DNA from: the human T2T-CHM13v2.0 reference genome, Homo sapiens
Length of the DNA: 64,000 bases
Assembly (NCBI RefSeq): GCF_009914755.1
Contig: NC_060925.1
Strand: one strand, 5' to 3'
Made by a program: the position numbers and the translations under genes. This document shows, in pieces, positions 62,924 through 64,000 of this stretch (the stretch's first letter is position 1; the number at the start of each line of letters is the position of its first letter). The notes beneath the pieces are model-generated. The model did not search any database and was not told the origin of the DNA. It was given only the letters and a program-made list of their open reading frames with translations.

Positions 62924-63816
62924 AATCTCAGGACTGCTTGGCTCAAAGACCATCCATCGCCTTCAAGGACATCTCTGGGGAACAAAATACAGAAATGTCT
63001 CTTTAATTTGTGTACTTATATAACCCTGCTTCATCTATCCTAGTTCTTATGTGATTATTTCCTCCAATTTCTTTTTTAGGTATTAGTGTGTTTCAATCAT
63101 TCATCCAGTAATTCTTTCAATTAACTTTTAACGAATGCCTACATTTTTGGAGTAGATTCAAAGAACAGTTAAATCTCTACTCCTGAGAAGTCTGTTGGTG
63201 GTCAAAAAGACAGGAAAGGAATACTTAATAAATAAAATAGAACACAATTTTAAAAGTGGTGCATGTCGTAGAAATGCGAATACAAAATTTGAATGCTACA
63301 AGGAGAAAGTGCTTGTCGTGTTTCTGTTAATATGAGCTGACGACTAATTAGCCAATATCCTGCTTAATTTATTTTCTTCCTTACAACCCAGTAAGGTCAG
63401 AGCACTTCTGACATCTCTATTTGAACTAGAGTAGACGAGAATGAAAGAGGAGTCCTCTGATGAGATTCTAGCCCTTTATCTCCTTTTAACAGCCCTTATA
63501 CATTGAGTTGCACAGTTTACTAATAAACTCTAAATTGTGTCATTAGGCAGGTAGTTTGGCTTCATTATCACCAATTCTTTCAAAGTGGCACTGCTAATCT
63601 TTCCTATTAGCCAAGGAAAATCACTGCCAACCAATCAGATAACTGGACTGGTGAAAATAGGTTACCTGGAAATGGCTGGCTTGAAACATAATAGTGTGTT
63701 CAGAAAATATTTTGGCAGAAATAGTAATTCCAAGGGGCAGGGAACATACCTGGACACAGACTGCTTGAAAATAGTTCTGAGTGTTGGGTTAATCTGTCTT
63801 TGAAAATTCACAAAAT

Positions 63817-64000
63817 AGTCCCCGGTGTGTGATGTTCTCCTTCCTGTGTCCATGTGTTCTCATTGTTCAATTCCCACCTATGAGTGAGAACATGCGGTGT
63901 TTGGTTTTTTGTCCTTGCGATAATTTGCTGAGAATGATGGTTTCCAGCTTCATCCATGCCCCTACTGGGGGGAGTGGGGAGGGATAGCACTGGGAGATAT
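63817..64000 (+). mobile_element. Young L1PA (PA2-4-like) 3'UTR with a short 5' inversion; runs off the window end
   Basis: 63817-63965 antisense (agtccccggtgtgtgatgttc...catccatgcccctac), then sense tggggggagtggggagggatagcactgggagatat. Confidence 0.9.

Overview
AT-rich, CpG-poor primate (human-like) genomic DNA, intronic or intergenic. I see no protein-coding exon and no CpG island. The ORF track is explained by Alu/L1/LTR relics or by chance. The window is dense in interspersed repeats: nine Alus (S and Y types), L1PA/L1MA/L1M fragments, L2, CR1/L3, MIR, MaLR/ERV LTRs and Tigger/hAT/Mariner MITEs. I cannot support a new multi-gene system. The most notable items are retrotransposition footprints that a repeat mask alone would miss. 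(1) An ~860-bp TSD-flanked, doubly polyadenylated insertion of non-L1 DNA at 34074-34968, probably an orphan or nested 3' transduction. (2) A U6 snRNA retrocopy fused to a short polyadenylated 3' end and lacking the ACAGAGA box (21795-21957). (3) Two twin-primed, 5'-inverted L1PA insertions. (4) An ancient two-LTR MaLR provirus. There is also a candidate non-coding exon (30439-30572), an AP-1/RUNX-rich candidate enhancer (~31.9-36.7 kb) and a good CTCF motif (62905). Subfamily names come from remembered consensus sequences. Boundaries of old repeats are approximate.
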